Assembly: GCA_002811645.1 (NCBI GenBank)
Contig: PDIP01000083.1
Location: 196,366-260,365, forward strand
Length of the DNA stretch: 64,000 nt
From: Corallochytrium limacisporum Hawaii
Lineage: Eukaryota > Protista > Pluriformea
Reading direction: 5' to 3'
In this document: positions 10,817 through 22,040 of the stretch, in pieces
Layout: the number at the start of each line of letters is the position of its first letter
Position numbering within the stretch: position 1 is the stretch's first letter
Program-made: the position numbers and the translations under genes
The notes under the pieces: generated by a model
Database searches by the model: none
Told to the model about the DNA's origin: nothing
Seen by the model: only the letters and a program-made list of their open reading frames with translations

Positions 10817-12412
10817 ATGAATACTTACCGGGCTTCTCGTCTACTCTTCCCCTACTTACACATAACAGCCGAACTGACTTCAAAAGCGCAGCTACAAATC
10901 TTCGAGCCAGGATTGACGAAGTTGGGTGCGAAGGTTGCAGTAAATGAATTGCCGCCGAAGACAACACACATCGTCGCACCAACGGGCACCGATTTGGGCC
11001 AGCTGGCCACGGCTCTGAAGAATCTCAAACGGTCGACCTCGCAACACAGTCCGTTGAAGAAGGCAAAAGGGAAATCAGGCTCGAAGGTCCACCTAAGCCA
11101 TGCACAAGGGGCACTCTGTGTTTCCCATGAATGGGTCTCAGCCTGCTTAAAGGACAAATCTCACGCCTCTGAGGAGCCTTACAAACTAAAATCTGCTGGC
11201 GGTGGTGGATCTAAGGGCTCGTCATTAACCAAACGTCGCAAGCGGAAAAAATCAGGCGGTGATGACGATGGTAAAGAAGGTAGCAGCGCCGGTACCGGTG
11301 GACCCAGCGTGCGGGAGAAGGCTGAGGCCATTCCGAAGTATGAATGCCAACGAATCATGACCCTGGCTATGGAAGGCACCTATCCAGGCTTTGTTAAGGA
11401 AATGCAGATCCTAGAGTCGCACTTCCGAGCCAAAGGTGATCCCATGCGCGCGAGGACGTACATGAAGGCCGCGTCGTTGTTTCGCTACGTCGACTTCGAG
11501 ATATCTGGCGCCTCGGAAGCGAAATATTTGCCGGGAGTAAGTTCATCGTTGGCCGCCAAATTTGAAGAATGGCAGGTTACGGGCCGGGTCAGTGAAGCGC
11601 AGGCAGCTGAGCAGAACGAAGAGAGCCAGACTGTGCAACATTTCACCAAGGTTCTGTGGGCCGGTCCTGCTGTGGCCAAGAAGTGGTACTATGAACGTAA
11701 CTGTCGGACTCTAGACGATGTGCTCGAGCGCGGAGATCCTACAGATATCCAGCGTTACGGCATTCAGCACTTTGAGGATCTCACGGAAGCTCTGCCACGA
11801 AGGGAAGGCGTTGCGTTTGAACGCGCGATCGGTCGGGAACTGGCGGCGATAGACCCAAAGGCCGTGCTCTTACTCTGTGGTGGGTTCCGACGTGGTAAGC
11901 AAACCGGGCATGACGTCGACATCCTCATGACCCATCCCGACAGGGACGGTGAGGTTGGGTTACTGCCCAAGCTGCTCACACGATTGGAGGAAAAGGGTAT
12001 GATTGTAAAGACTCTGTCGAAGCACGTCAACGATGGTCCAGCCAAGATCACTGGGCCTGACCTCAGCGGATCGTCCGGTGCGTTCTCCGAACCGTACGAT
12101 AAATGGCTCGGTATTGCCACGTTACCTGAGTCCCTGGACGCGCAAGGCGGTGGAAACAACGGCAAGGTCAGGCGCGTGGATCTACTAATGATACCGCGCT
12201 ACGTGTGGGCCTACGCTGTGCTGGGGTGGACCGGGTCTAGTCTCTTCGAGCGTGCGATCAAAGACTACGCCGCCAAGGAAAAGAGCTACCGCCTTGCATC
12301 CACAGGTATGGCGCACAGGGACACGGGCAAGCTGATCGAGGCCAACAGTGAGCAGGACATTTTCAAAGCGCTCGGATTGGAGTACATTGAACCGTTTGAG
12401 CGGAATTGTTAA
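10817..12412 (+). CDS. Family X DNA polymerase with N-terminal BRCT, Pol mu/TdT-like
   Basis: BRCT (THIVA...VSHEWVSACL), YECQR, HhH motifs (LPGVSSSLA, VLWAGPAVA), GGFRRGKQTGHDVDIL, RRVDLL, LGWTGS, EQDIFKALGLEYIEPFERN. Confidence 0.93.
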   Translation: MNTYRASRLLFPYLHITAELTSKAQLQIFEPGLTKLGAKVAVNELPPKTTHIVAPTGTDLGQLATALKNLKRSTSQHSPLKKAKGKSGSKVHLSHAQGALCVSHEWVSACLKDKSHASEEPYKLKSAGGGGSKGSSLTKRRKRKKSGGDDDGKEGSSAGTGGPSVREKAEAIPKYECQRIMTLAMEGTYPGFVKEMQILESHFRAKGDPMRARTYMKAASLFRYVDFEISGASEAKYLPGVSSSLAAKFEEWQVTGRVSEAQAAEQNEESQTVQHFTKVLWAGPAVAKKWYYERNCRTLDDVLERGDPTDIQRYGIQHFEDLTEALPRREGVAFERAIGRELAAIDPKAVLLLCGGFRRGKQTGHDVDILMTHPDRDGEVGLLPKLLTRLEEKGMIVKTLSKHVNDGPAKITGPDLSGSSGAFSEPYDKWLGIATLPESLDAQGGGNNGKVRRVDLLMIPRYVWAYAVLGWTGSSLFERAIKDYAAKEKSYRLASTGMAHRDTGKLIEANSEQDIFKALGLEYIEPFERNC

Positions 12413-12518
12413 ACTACGGATAGAACTAGCTTCTTTTTCTTTTAGTCTATTTGTGCATGCGTGCGCGCTTGGGTGTCATCTGCACTGTGAGTCCTGTGAA
12501 TGTCTCTAGAAAATTTTG

Positions 12519-15119
12519 TTACAACATCTCGTCGTCATCGTCCGCATCCTCGTCCTCACTGACCTCCTGTCCGAGGGCCCGGAGCTGCCTCCGGTACTTT
12601 TGCAGTTTCATATCCTGCTCAGCGAGACAGACCAACAGATCCTCGTGCTCCTGACTCAACTCTCCGTGCTCGTCGCGGAGAGTGGCCAGAGTCTGCTCGG
12701 ACTCTTGTAGGCGACGCTGGGCAGTGGCCAGCTCCTCACCACCGGCCGGGGTGGCTGCGGAAGGAGACTGAGACTGCGCCAGCTCCAATTGCCGCTGCAG
12801 GCCCGCCATCGCCTGGTCGCGGTCTTGGAGCATGGATTGCAGTTGTTGTACCTGGCCCTGCAACTGCTGCAATGCTGCGGGGTCGGGGCCACCGCCGCCG
12901 TTCTGTTCTCCACCACTGCTAGCGGTCCCAGCCCGCGCTCGGAGCTCTCGCAATTCTTCGTCCTGTCGCCGAATGATGTCTTTGTACTGGCTCACCACCG
13001 AGTCATGGTAATCCACACCCGCCTCGAGACGGCTGCCACCGCCAGACGGCTTAGCACTGGCACCCTCGTTGCCACCTGCATTTGGTAGTCCGGCCACGAT
13101 CTGATCCGCGATCCGCTTGAGCATCTCTGCGGTTGTGCCATCGATCCAACAGCTGTCCGGAGTGACATTGAGCCCGACGCCGGCCGACGTAGACTTAATG
13201 GCCCGCACAATGACGTCCATCTGCGGCAGATTCTTTAGCTGGCGTGCAAAGGCATCTTCTCCGAGACGGGTGTTGATGATCTGATAGATGGCGTCGCTGT
13301 TCATACCCCCGCTACCGTCCATGGAACTGTCATCATTGAAAAGGTAGCAAATACCCAGCAACACTGCAGCCAAAGACCGGACCAAAGGAGCAACGTTTGG
13401 GCCCCCACTGCTGTGTTCCCATTCTTCAACCATGTACGATACGGAGTCACGGAAACTCAGGAACTGCTTAACCGCAGCTGGACATTCAGCCAGCCACGTA
13501 ACCATGAGAAGGAGAAGACCGACTCGGCTTCGAAGAGCAGAGGCTGCGTTATGATCCCCTTTGCCCTTGCCCCGGAGCGAAAACAGCGCCCGGCTGCACT
13601 GCTCCAGCAGAGTCATTGGCTCTGTGCCCATGCTCACACTGATGGCCGCCTTGAGAGCTTTCTCTTTGCTGGCTAAATTGCCTCGGAGAACCTGGCTCAG
13701 AGCCACAGCAGCGATCCAGTTGTTCATCGCGTCACTGCGCCCGAACAGACCGCCACAGACCACTGGGCCGAAGCTTAGATTGTTACCCTGGGAATCGACT
13801 AGGTTCGCAGTTAGGTTCGCCTGCGCGTCCGAGTTCCGATCGACATAGCACTCAAATACATGCAGACAGGCCATACGCTCCGCAAACCGCCGGGATTCCT
13901 CAAACGCCGTGAGCAGCATACACATAGGCGCGGGCAGTACTTTTTTTGTTGCATTGCGGTCGGATTCCATCTGCGCAAAGAGGTCCTGGGAAGTCTTGTG
14001 GCCACGCAAGACCTCACCTAGAGTAATGAGGATGCTGTACTTAACTTCGAATGGCAGATTCTGCCGGAAGGCCAACTGCGTCAGCACTGCAGTCAATCCA
14101 GACTGGTTAATCGCGGTCTTGTTCGCACCTGCATTTGTTCCCGAGCTCAGAGCTGGATTCGCCATCGATCGTATCAAGTCGAGCATGAGAATAAAATTGT
14201 GAGCTTTCTTCTGATCCCACTCTGAAACCATCATCGCAGCCGGATTCGGGGCACCTGCGCCGCTCCCATCGTCGCCACCGTGCCCCCCTGCGCCAGGTCG
14301 GGGTCCGTCCTCTATAGTCAGGAACGGCACGAGCTTCGCAAAGCAACCCGTTTCCCGGAAGAGCGTCTGATTGCTGCTGTTCGTGCGCAGCAGGTTCAGA
14401 AGCAGCACCAGACAGTCGCCGACAATAATGTCACCATCGCTGTATCCCTCCTCGGCGACAATGTTGAGCAAACTCTCGAACGCATTCTCGAAGGCCACAA
14501 TCTTTTGGATATGTTGGTTGTCCTTGGTAAGTTCAATGAGCAGCAGGAGGCCCTCGTTTCGGATCACTTCCCGTGGATCGCTGATCATGTCCATCAGGCG
14601 TGTGACACCCATCGGAGATGTAAGTATGGTCTCCTGTAAGACCTGTGGTTGGTTCACCAAGCAAATTGTGATTAGCCTCGCCGTGTGGTACTGCACCGAT
14701 GTGTCTGGCTCTTCCAAAAGCTCCAAGAGGATTGTCACGTTGCCTGGATCCTTGGTAAAGATCTCAGTGAACTGTACTCCAAGATTCTGGGCGCCTTCCA
14801 CGCCGCTGCCCCTGCCTTGTTCCTGTTTCTCCAAATTGCTCGTGTCCATGACATTGGCCAATGTTTCGAGGGCAAAGCGAATGATTTCATTGTCGGCACG
14901 GTCATTCTGGAGCACATCAATCAATGCGCTCATACCCTGGGCCCCAACTTCTACTGCGTAATCACGGCTAAGACTGCGGAGGGCTCGGACGGCGTCACGG
15001 CGGTCTTCCAGGAGCGTACTGCTATTGATGCGTTCCACAAGACGCTCGACAGCATCATTCGAGCTCTGCTCCGGCGCCTGTGCGGACAAGGCCGCGAATC
15101 CCCTGCTCAGATAGTCCAT
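12519..15119 (-). CDS. USO1: General vesicular transport factor p115/Uso1
   Basis: SSTLLEDRRDAVRALRSLSR, VGAQGM, SPMGVTRLMDMI, REVIRNEGLLLL, IQKIVAFENAF armadillo head; coiled coil and EHEDLLVCLAEQD acidic tail. Confidence 0.96.
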   Translation of the reverse strand: MDYLSRGFAALSAQAPEQSSNDAVERLVERINSSTLLEDRRDAVRALRSLSRDYAVEVGAQGMSALIDVLQNDRADNEIIRFALETLANVMDTSNLEKQEQGRGSGVEGAQNLGVQFTEIFTKDPGNVTILLELLEEPDTSVQYHTARLITICLVNQPQVLQETILTSPMGVTRLMDMISDPREVIRNEGLLLLIELTKDNQHIQKIVAFENAFESLLNIVAEEGYSDGDIIVGDCLVLLLNLLRTNSSNQTLFRETGCFAKLVPFLTIEDGPRPGAGGHGGDDGSGAGAPNPAAMMVSEWDQKKAHNFILMLDLIRSMANPALSSGTNAGANKTAINQSGLTAVLTQLAFRQNLPFEVKYSILITLGEVLRGHKTSQDLFAQMESDRNATKKVLPAPMCMLLTAFEESRRFAERMACLHVFECYVDRNSDAQANLTANLVDSQGNNLSFGPVVCGGLFGRSDAMNNWIAAVALSQVLRGNLASKEKALKAAISVSMGTEPMTLLEQCSRALFSLRGKGKGDHNAASALRSRVGLLLLMVTWLAECPAAVKQFLSFRDSVSYMVEEWEHSSGGPNVAPLVRSLAAVLLGICYLFNDDSSMDGSGGMNSDAIYQIINTRLGEDAFARQLKNLPQMDVIVRAIKSTSAGVGLNVTPDSCWIDGTTAEMLKRIADQIVAGLPNAGGNEGASAKPSGGGSRLEAGVDYHDSVVSQYKDIIRRQDEELRELRARAGTASSGGEQNGGGGPDPAALQQLQGQVQQLQSMLQDRDQAMAGLQRQLELAQSQSPSAATPAGGEELATAQRRLQESEQTLATLRDEHGELSQEHEDLLVCLAEQDMKLQKYRRQLRALGQEVSEDEDADDDDEML

Positions 15120-17809
15120 TCTCTATCCCTGCAGATTGTCTAGTTTCTACTTTCTATTATTTATACTTTCCTTCTTGCCACATTCCCGTGTTGATTGATG
15201 GTCCAAAGCACTCCGGTGGAAGCGGCAAAGCAAGTGGCGCGATGTCTCACATGACCTACTCTTGCTTCTGGTCTGGGTTCAAACAAGAGTTTACAAATAC
15301 CTCAATTGAGCAGGAACTGTCATGGTAACAGCGATGAAGATGAGTTATATGAATAACCCGCCTTCTTAGACATTCGAGCCACCCGCCGCGTCATAAATGA
15401 AACCGCTGTTGTCGCATTTGGACGCTCGAGTGACCGGGTCAACTCCCTCCTCTCGCGACCCAGAACCCGAGCTTTTCAATTTTTCACCTGGTGAAAGCTG
15501 CATTTGAAGCACACAAGCCAGGAAGGGGAGACTGCGGGCCCAGTGCCCCACTCAAGTTTCCCCTTTCGCGCGCCTCTCCCCCCCCCCTTTCTTTCCCCCT
15601 GCCATTGCTGGAAAGAAACGGAGGGTTGGCTGGCTGGCTGGTGCAGGGGGGGATTTTTGTTTTGCAATTTCTAAAACACTGAAATCCTCATTAAATGGAA
15701 TCTACCGCCGCTGTCGCGGTTTCAAACAGGTGTCACCCTCATCTGCGGAATCCATTGGGGCGACAGTTACATCACTCATGTGGCCTCACACAAATTTTCG
15801 AAAGTGTGGCTTCCTATGAGCTACTCCTCCATGGTCAGTGCACACTATAATATGACAAGGGAACCACGACACCACGAACTGATTCCATCATGACGGTAAG
15901 TAGAGATTCACAAAACGCCATAGTCGAATTCCAAATTGTCCAATGCCTGCCCCACAATCACCCTCCCTATGCGATTCGCCTATGGTGCGGACAATCGCAC
16001 CATCCAACATCCCCATCCAACCCAGGATTTCCTGCTCTCTCGCTCGCCTCTTTCGCTATGCCGTTAGGATCCACAAAAACCATCGAAAGTCGTCCCAGAG
16101 AGTGAGAAAGTAGTCCCCAAAATCGTTCCGCCCGGCCAGTAATTGAAGTCCACGCGAGGTTCTGGCCAAACCCGGAACCCCGGCCCACGCGGAATCGCGC
16201 ACTGGTAAAAACCCCAGGGCAGTGAACGCGAAGCCGGTCCGTTGCGACCGAGCCAGGGCCCGTGCTCAAACCACCCGGCTTCGGTAGCTTCACTATAACC
16301 GGCACCCAAGCGTAACAATAGGAAGATCGAAAGAGAAACTCTATTCTCCGTGGTCCCCCTAGGTCCCAGCGATCCATTTACACCTCCGAACCCCATAGAA
16401 GTTTCTCCCGTCACCGTAATTAATAGTGAATATACTGGGTTTGCTGACAAAAGAGGCGAGCACATACATGACGCAATGGAAGTAAATAAAGGTGAAATAC
16501 ATTCGCGGCTTACGCAAGGGGAACCAAACGTGCCATGGCGTAATCCTCCACGGAGACACATCCGCTCGAAGCACACGGGACACCGTGGAAGGGGATTCCA
16601 TACTGAATATTCGAAACTCAATACTGGAAATATGGACCCCTTGGACGAATCCACCTCTGCTGCTGCTGAAGGTCGTGGTGCGCTGTATTCCCGTGCGCTT
16701 CGTTTCCATCGGGGGCGAGTCCGGCATCCAAGGTCCGTTAGTCCCACAGAATACTGAGTAAAACCCGCCCAAGGCGTCATGAATTCCGTAGAGCACCAGT
16801 GCGACAACTGCCAGCGCGGTCGTCCTGCGGAGCGCGAGTTACGCACAGGGGCGTTGGTAGGTTCCCAAGCGCATAGTCGCACTGTCCAGTATACAAGAGC
16901 CGGTTGATGGGGTGTGTTTCCTTCCCTGCCTCCTCCCGGTTTCCATCTGCTTGCTTGTATGTTTTAATGTCGTTACCCACCTGCCTGCCAGTCCGGGGAC
17001 TGGAGCACAGAGAGAAAAAATAATGGCGCGGACAGGGTGCGGAGGCCCCCCCCCTCCCCCTGTGTTGTAATGTACGAACATTTAACTTGGTCGCTGGGTC
17101 GATTGGGATTTTGGGGCGAGCAATGCAAAAGAAAGAGTGGGTCGTCGGGCGAGAAGGAGGCGAAGAAAAACTTTTTCCCGCCTCACCACCCACCTGCCTC
17201 GGCCTTCTCCGGTCCTTTGGTTTGAGCCTTCGCAACCAATAACAGAAAACTGAGGGGGACTGGTGGTGTATTGCGGAAGGAGGGGTTGGGGTGAAGTGTA
17301 CACACTGAGGCGGTGGACAAACAGGCAAAGGGGGGAGTGTGGATGAGGCGATTACAAACCCCCCCCCCCCACCCCCAGCAGAACGGAAATTGATTGGGTG
17401 TGAGGCAAAACTCTACCCCAACCAAGGGGGCTGGTGGTGGCCTTCTTAGGGCACTCACGGTTGGCGGGGGCCCTTGCGGCCTGGCTGGTGTACGTGTGAT
17501 GAATACCAACGCAAACACACAGACGAACGTAGGTGTAGCAATTTGTTGTTTGGCTGAGTGGTACTGTTTGTCCTCTTGTCCGTTCTTCGTTTGCGCAACG
17601 GTGATACAGGTAGTTGAGACGACTGAATCCTTCCCTGTGTGCTGGTTGTTATGAATCGTTGCCTCACACATGCGTCTACCATCCCCAGGAATATTGTTTC
17701 GGATAACCTACAAACAACACTCTTGGTGGACCTCATTCCGTGTTTTTTTTTTGGCTGGTTGAAGAAAGGCGCTGTGCATTCAATTTGGAAGTGATCAAAA
17801 CAAAACGCT

Positions 17810-18772
17810 ATGTCGTCCATGTCTCCGTTGTCGTTCAAGCTGGACCCGCTGACCGGGCTGCCAAAGGCCCAGTCTCGCGTGGTGGCCAACGCGCCCGTCG
17901 AGAAGAGCCAGTCCTCGCTAATGAAGGGTGGCATCACTGCCTTTGCCGTCTTCCTTGAGATGGCCAGCGGCGGTCTCTTCATGGAAAACGTCAAAATGGA
18001 GAAGCAAAGGACCTCCGATCCCTACTTCCGGATTATGAAGCGCACCCTTTCCAAGGGTATTGCTGGGTTCGAGGCCGGACTGTTCCCCTGGGGTCTGGTC
18101 CTCGGTCTCACCAAGGGCAGTGTCCTTGGTGCCGCCAAGGTAGAGCTCAAGTATTTGCTACAGAAGACGGGTATGTCAAGTAAGCGCAGTGAGCTTATCA
18201 GTGGTTTCGGTGCCGGTGCCGTGCAGGGTGTGTTCATGTCACCTTTGCTGCTGGCCCGTACCCGTGTCAACCAGTCACTGACGGAGCGTGCTGCACAGGG
18301 CATCAAAACTACGCAAACTGAAGAGTTTTGGCTCGGTACTCGAGTCCTTTACGACGCCGTCAAGCAGGAAGGCGTGATGGTTTTGACCTCCGGCATGATG
18401 ACCTGTATCCTGAAGCGCGCTATGGACTGGGGTACCCGGTTTATCTTCATGAATATGCTCAAGGATGCTGTTAAGGCCCGCAAGGCAGAAGGGGAATCTC
18501 TGACGGACTTGGAGCGTCTGACAACCAGCTTTGTCGGTGGTGGCATGAGTGTGCTGGTCACCATGCCTCTGGATCGTCTGATGCCTGTCATCCAGGCCGC
18601 ATCTAAGGAATCCGTCAACGTTGTGGAGGTCATTCGCGAGAAGTTTGCACGGGAAGGTATCACCACCTTGTGGCGTGGCGGTGCCATGCGTACCCTGCAC
18701 ACCGGTTACCATACCATGTTCGCCATTTTCATTTCGGATAAGATCTATGAGCTGGTCTTCCCCAACCACTAA
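17810..18772 (+). CDS. Mitochondrial carrier (SLC25), Yhm2-like citrate/oxoglutarate carrier
   Basis: Three-repeat carrier of 320 aa. GLFPWG...TKGSVL, GAVQG, KRAMDWGTRF and GGGMS motifs resemble fungal Yhm2. Signature motifs are degenerate. Confidence 0.8.
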   Translation: MSSMSPLSFKLDPLTGLPKAQSRVVANAPVEKSQSSLMKGGITAFAVFLEMASGGLFMENVKMEKQRTSDPYFRIMKRTLSKGIAGFEAGLFPWGLVLGLTKGSVLGAAKVELKYLLQKTGMSSKRSELISGFGAGAVQGVFMSPLLLARTRVNQSLTERAAQGIKTTQTEEFWLGTRVLYDAVKQEGVMVLTSGMMTCILKRAMDWGTRFIFMNMLKDAVKARKAEGESLTDLERLTTSFVGGGMSVLVTMPLDRLMPVIQAASKESVNVVEVIREKFAREGITTLWRGGAMRTLHTGYHTMFAIFISDKIYELVFPNH

Positions 18773-19310
18773 GAAAGCAAGTGACGGATACCCTTTTACC
18801 CCAACTTACAACGACACAGTGACATCGAGGCAACCCTTCGGAATGCTTACCCCAACAGATTGCCCGATCAATGAGGTCTTTCACACTCTCGGAATGCCAG
18901 GTCAACGTAAGTTTAGCACATGCCAACACTTTCCACTTTCAGAAACAAAGTTCGTCTTCGTGTTGAAATGAGAGACTGGATAGTTATCGTTCGAGGACTT
19001 CCAGTCGCACCTCGTCAAACCCTTCTTTCCCTTTTTGCATTCTTTTCATGTCACAAATCGACTTTCCAAACATGTATTCAAAGCACAAACAATCAACAAA
19101 ATTGTCTCAGCATCTAATTTTTCAAATACATCATGACTTTTATCATCCCATCAATAACATTGGCAGTGAAACAGGCATCGTGAACTGTTGAGAGCGTTAT
19201 AGAAATGGGGCCCATATGGCCATGTAGTGAAAATGGTTGTGTTCTATAATATCCGATGACATTCAATGACATGTTCAGAAAAGAAATAAATATGCTAGGG
19301 AACAAGTGGA

Positions 19311-19973
19311 TCAAAAGATTTTGGTGAAGACAATTACAAGGAACACAATCACCACGAAAGCAATAAGCCCGTACATGATGATCTTGTTCTGCATAATTCG
19401 CCGGAACATAGCGTTGAGGATGCGTTGTGCCTTCTTCATGTCACTTTCCGTGCTCTTGAGCGTATTGCGGGCCCGGTGCAGAGTCTCCCGCTGACTGTAC
19501 AGGTCATTCAGTGTGTCCTGACCGACCTGTTCTGTCTCAATGGCCACCCGGTACGCATCGTCGAGTCGGGTTCCCATTTGTTGTACTCGCTCTGTGTTGT
19601 CCAGTAGACGTGCTCGTTGCTCGTCCGGATTTGTGCTGTCCATGTCGCCAAACAGAGCACCGCGTTCGTCCCTCTCGGTGGCGGGATTGCGTTTCGCCTC
19701 CTCCAGTTCCTTCTCGAGATCTTCCAATTCTCCCCTCAGCATATCCAATGTCTGTGACCGCTGGGCCCGATCTTGTGGACTAAGCTCACGGAGCTCCATT
19801 TCAATTTGATCCACCAGTTGGCTGGCCTCGTCAATTTCCCGAGCACAGGCACGGATCGCTTCATACCGCCGTGCACCGCTTAAGTTTGGTATCTCATTAT
19901 GCAGGCGTCCGACAACAGAAGCTTTGACATCGTTGAACTCATGCTCATATGAAGCAAAGAGATCTAACGACAT
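19311..19973 (-). CDS. VTI1: Vti1 Qb-SNARE
   Basis: LFASYEHEF Habc start, EQRARLLDNTER, RVAIETEQVG, LYSQRETL SNARE motif and a C-terminal TM anchor. Confidence 0.95.
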   Translation of the reverse strand: MSLDLFASYEHEFNDVKASVVGRLHNEIPNLSGARRYEAIRACAREIDEASQLVDQIEMELRELSPQDRAQRSQTLDMLRGELEDLEKELEEAKRNPATERDERGALFGDMDSTNPDEQRARLLDNTERVQQMGTRLDDAYRVAIETEQVGQDTLNDLYSQRETLHRARNTLKSTESDMKKAQRILNAMFRRIMQNKIIMYGLIAFVVIVFLVIVFTKIF

Positions 19974-21439
19974 TGTGATCCTCTGCTTATAGTATGGTGT
20001 TAAACTTGTTCCGTCAACTCAATCAGTTAGTCTCCGTCAATGCCATAAAAAATGGAACACTCTCTTCAACTTGCAGTCACTGTCAGATCTTTTTCTTTAA
20101 GCATTATTAAATCAGACAATCCGTAAAACAGAATGCAGTTATGGGAGCATGCAAGTCATTATGTAGCTGTTCGTGTACATAATTGCTCAAGACGCAAACG
20201 TTGGAACTGCCGCGTCAGGGGACGAGAGCAAGAAGCCGGTCGCAAGCGGGCGGGTCCTTTGTTTTCGCTTTGCAGGGTTTATTACCCAGCACCCGGTCTC
20301 TACCCTCTGGCTACCATAGTGAATGAAGCAAAGCAGCCAATATCCAAACCCCCTTTCCCTTTCTCTCTCCTACTCATCTGAAAGTTTTAAAAACGTCGCG
20401 AAAAAGTATATCAAATTATCTGGGATACAGGCGATCGTGTGGAGAAAATTAGGCCCCCATGTTTATCCAAGAACATCTTTCTCGGGTTACGCCCCGAGTT
20501 TCCCTGCCCTCCCCCAAATGATGTGATTGTCACCAGTTGGACAGCTGTTTCAAAGCGTGGAACTCTGCCCGGTTGTGTGATGGTGGGTTGAGGTACAAAT
20601 GGCAAGTTCTTCTTCTGGGGCATGTGCACTCAATAACACCCGTGTTTCGCGATCGTTGAGATACTCCACAAAAGATACGCATGCATGCTACGACATCCTA
20701 ACATCATCCAGTACAACTGCATGACCCGCACACTGCCAAGAGTAGGTATGAAAGTCTGTACTAGATCACTGCGGCACGATAGATACAACGGTTTGGTGCA
20801 CCCTTGCATGCTCAGTTCACCCTCTGCGGAGCAAACACCGTTTACCTTCCTCAGACTACATTGGTGGGAATGGGAAGGTCCCGTGAATCGGCGATGTTTT
20901 AGATTGCCAGAAGATGAGCTTTCAGTTGTCTGCCGACTCTCGCTCTGACTCTGCAGACACCAACCAATAGAGACGCATCCGCCACCTCTTGTCCGTAAAT
21001 TTTTATCAGTGCCGTGTGGTACATGCTGGGAGACACAGATGGAGAGGGGGTGATTGCATCATTCACTCCTTGGATCCCTCATCCTTTTTTGTGTGTTTCA
21101 GCAACTTTTTCGCGCTTTGGACAATATCGAACCAAAACCACGCAAACAAAAAGCAGATGAAAACATGCGTATCCACGACAGAGTTGGTGCCGGGTACCTT
21201 CGACTTAGGTGTACTTTGCAGTTCACGCTGCACACTTTGAAGAACTCCCGGAACTCATTCAAAATTGTTCTCTTGCCCTGCGCTCCCGTGATTTGGTCCT
21301 TCTCCACTGCCACCCGGCCCCCTGCCCCGTCGCCCGCCTTCCCTCCCCGCTCCTCGGGATCTCAAGTGCTCCCGGTCCTAACCCTTTGATCTCTCCTCCT
21401 CGTTTCCTCTCTCTCGCTTTGGCTCCTCGCTCCCTGTCT

Positions 21440-21484
21440 TCTCTCTCTCTCTCTCTCTCGCTCTCTCTCTCTCTGTCTCTCTCT
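21440..21484. repeat. (CT)n microsatellite
   Basis: Interrupted CT run within a long polypyrimidine tract. Confidence 0.9.
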
Positions 21485-21712
21485 GCTTTGGCTCCCTTCT
21501 CCTCCCCCTCCCTCCTGGTTTTCTCCCCATTCCCCCTCCCCTCTCCCCCCCACCTTTTTGCCGTCCCACCTAAACCCATCGCCAACAATGGTTATGGGAG
21601 GGTAGGGGGGGTCTGGTTTGCCTTGCGAAATGATGCAAGATCAGCGCGCAACGCGGAGGAAGGAGGACAACCCAAAAAAAAAAAGCTACAGACAAAGGGG
21701 GAAGGAAGGAGG

Positions 21713-22040
21713 NNNNNNNNNNNNNNNNNNNNNNNNNNNNNNNNNNNNNNNNNNNNNNNNNNNNNNNNNNNNNNNNNNNNNNNNNNNNNNNNNNNNNNNN
21801 NNNNNNNNNNNNNNNNNNNNNNNNNNNNNNNNNNNNNNNNNNNNNNNNNNNNNNNNNNNNNNNNNNNNNNNNNNNNNNNNNNNNNNNNNNNNNNNNNNNN
21901 NNNNNNNNNNNNNNNNNNNNNNNNNNNNNNNNNNNNNNNNNNNNNNNNNNNNNNNNNNNNNNNNNNNNNNNNNNNNNNNNNNNNNNNNNNNNNNNNNNNN
22001 NNNNNNNNNNNNNNNNNNNNNNNNNNNNNNNNNNNNNNNN
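21713..22040. other. Assembly gap (N run)
   Basis: 328 Ns flanked by purine/G-rich tracts. Confidence 1.

Noticed and set aside
10821-10830. ATACTTACC resembling the U1 snRNA 5' end
   Set aside because: Lies in the Pol X reading frame; no U1 stem-loops or Sm site follow.
16064-16882. 272-aa ORF between USO1 and the carrier gene
   Set aside because: Non-ATG start, no domain motifs and an unremarkable composition; cannot be supported as coding.
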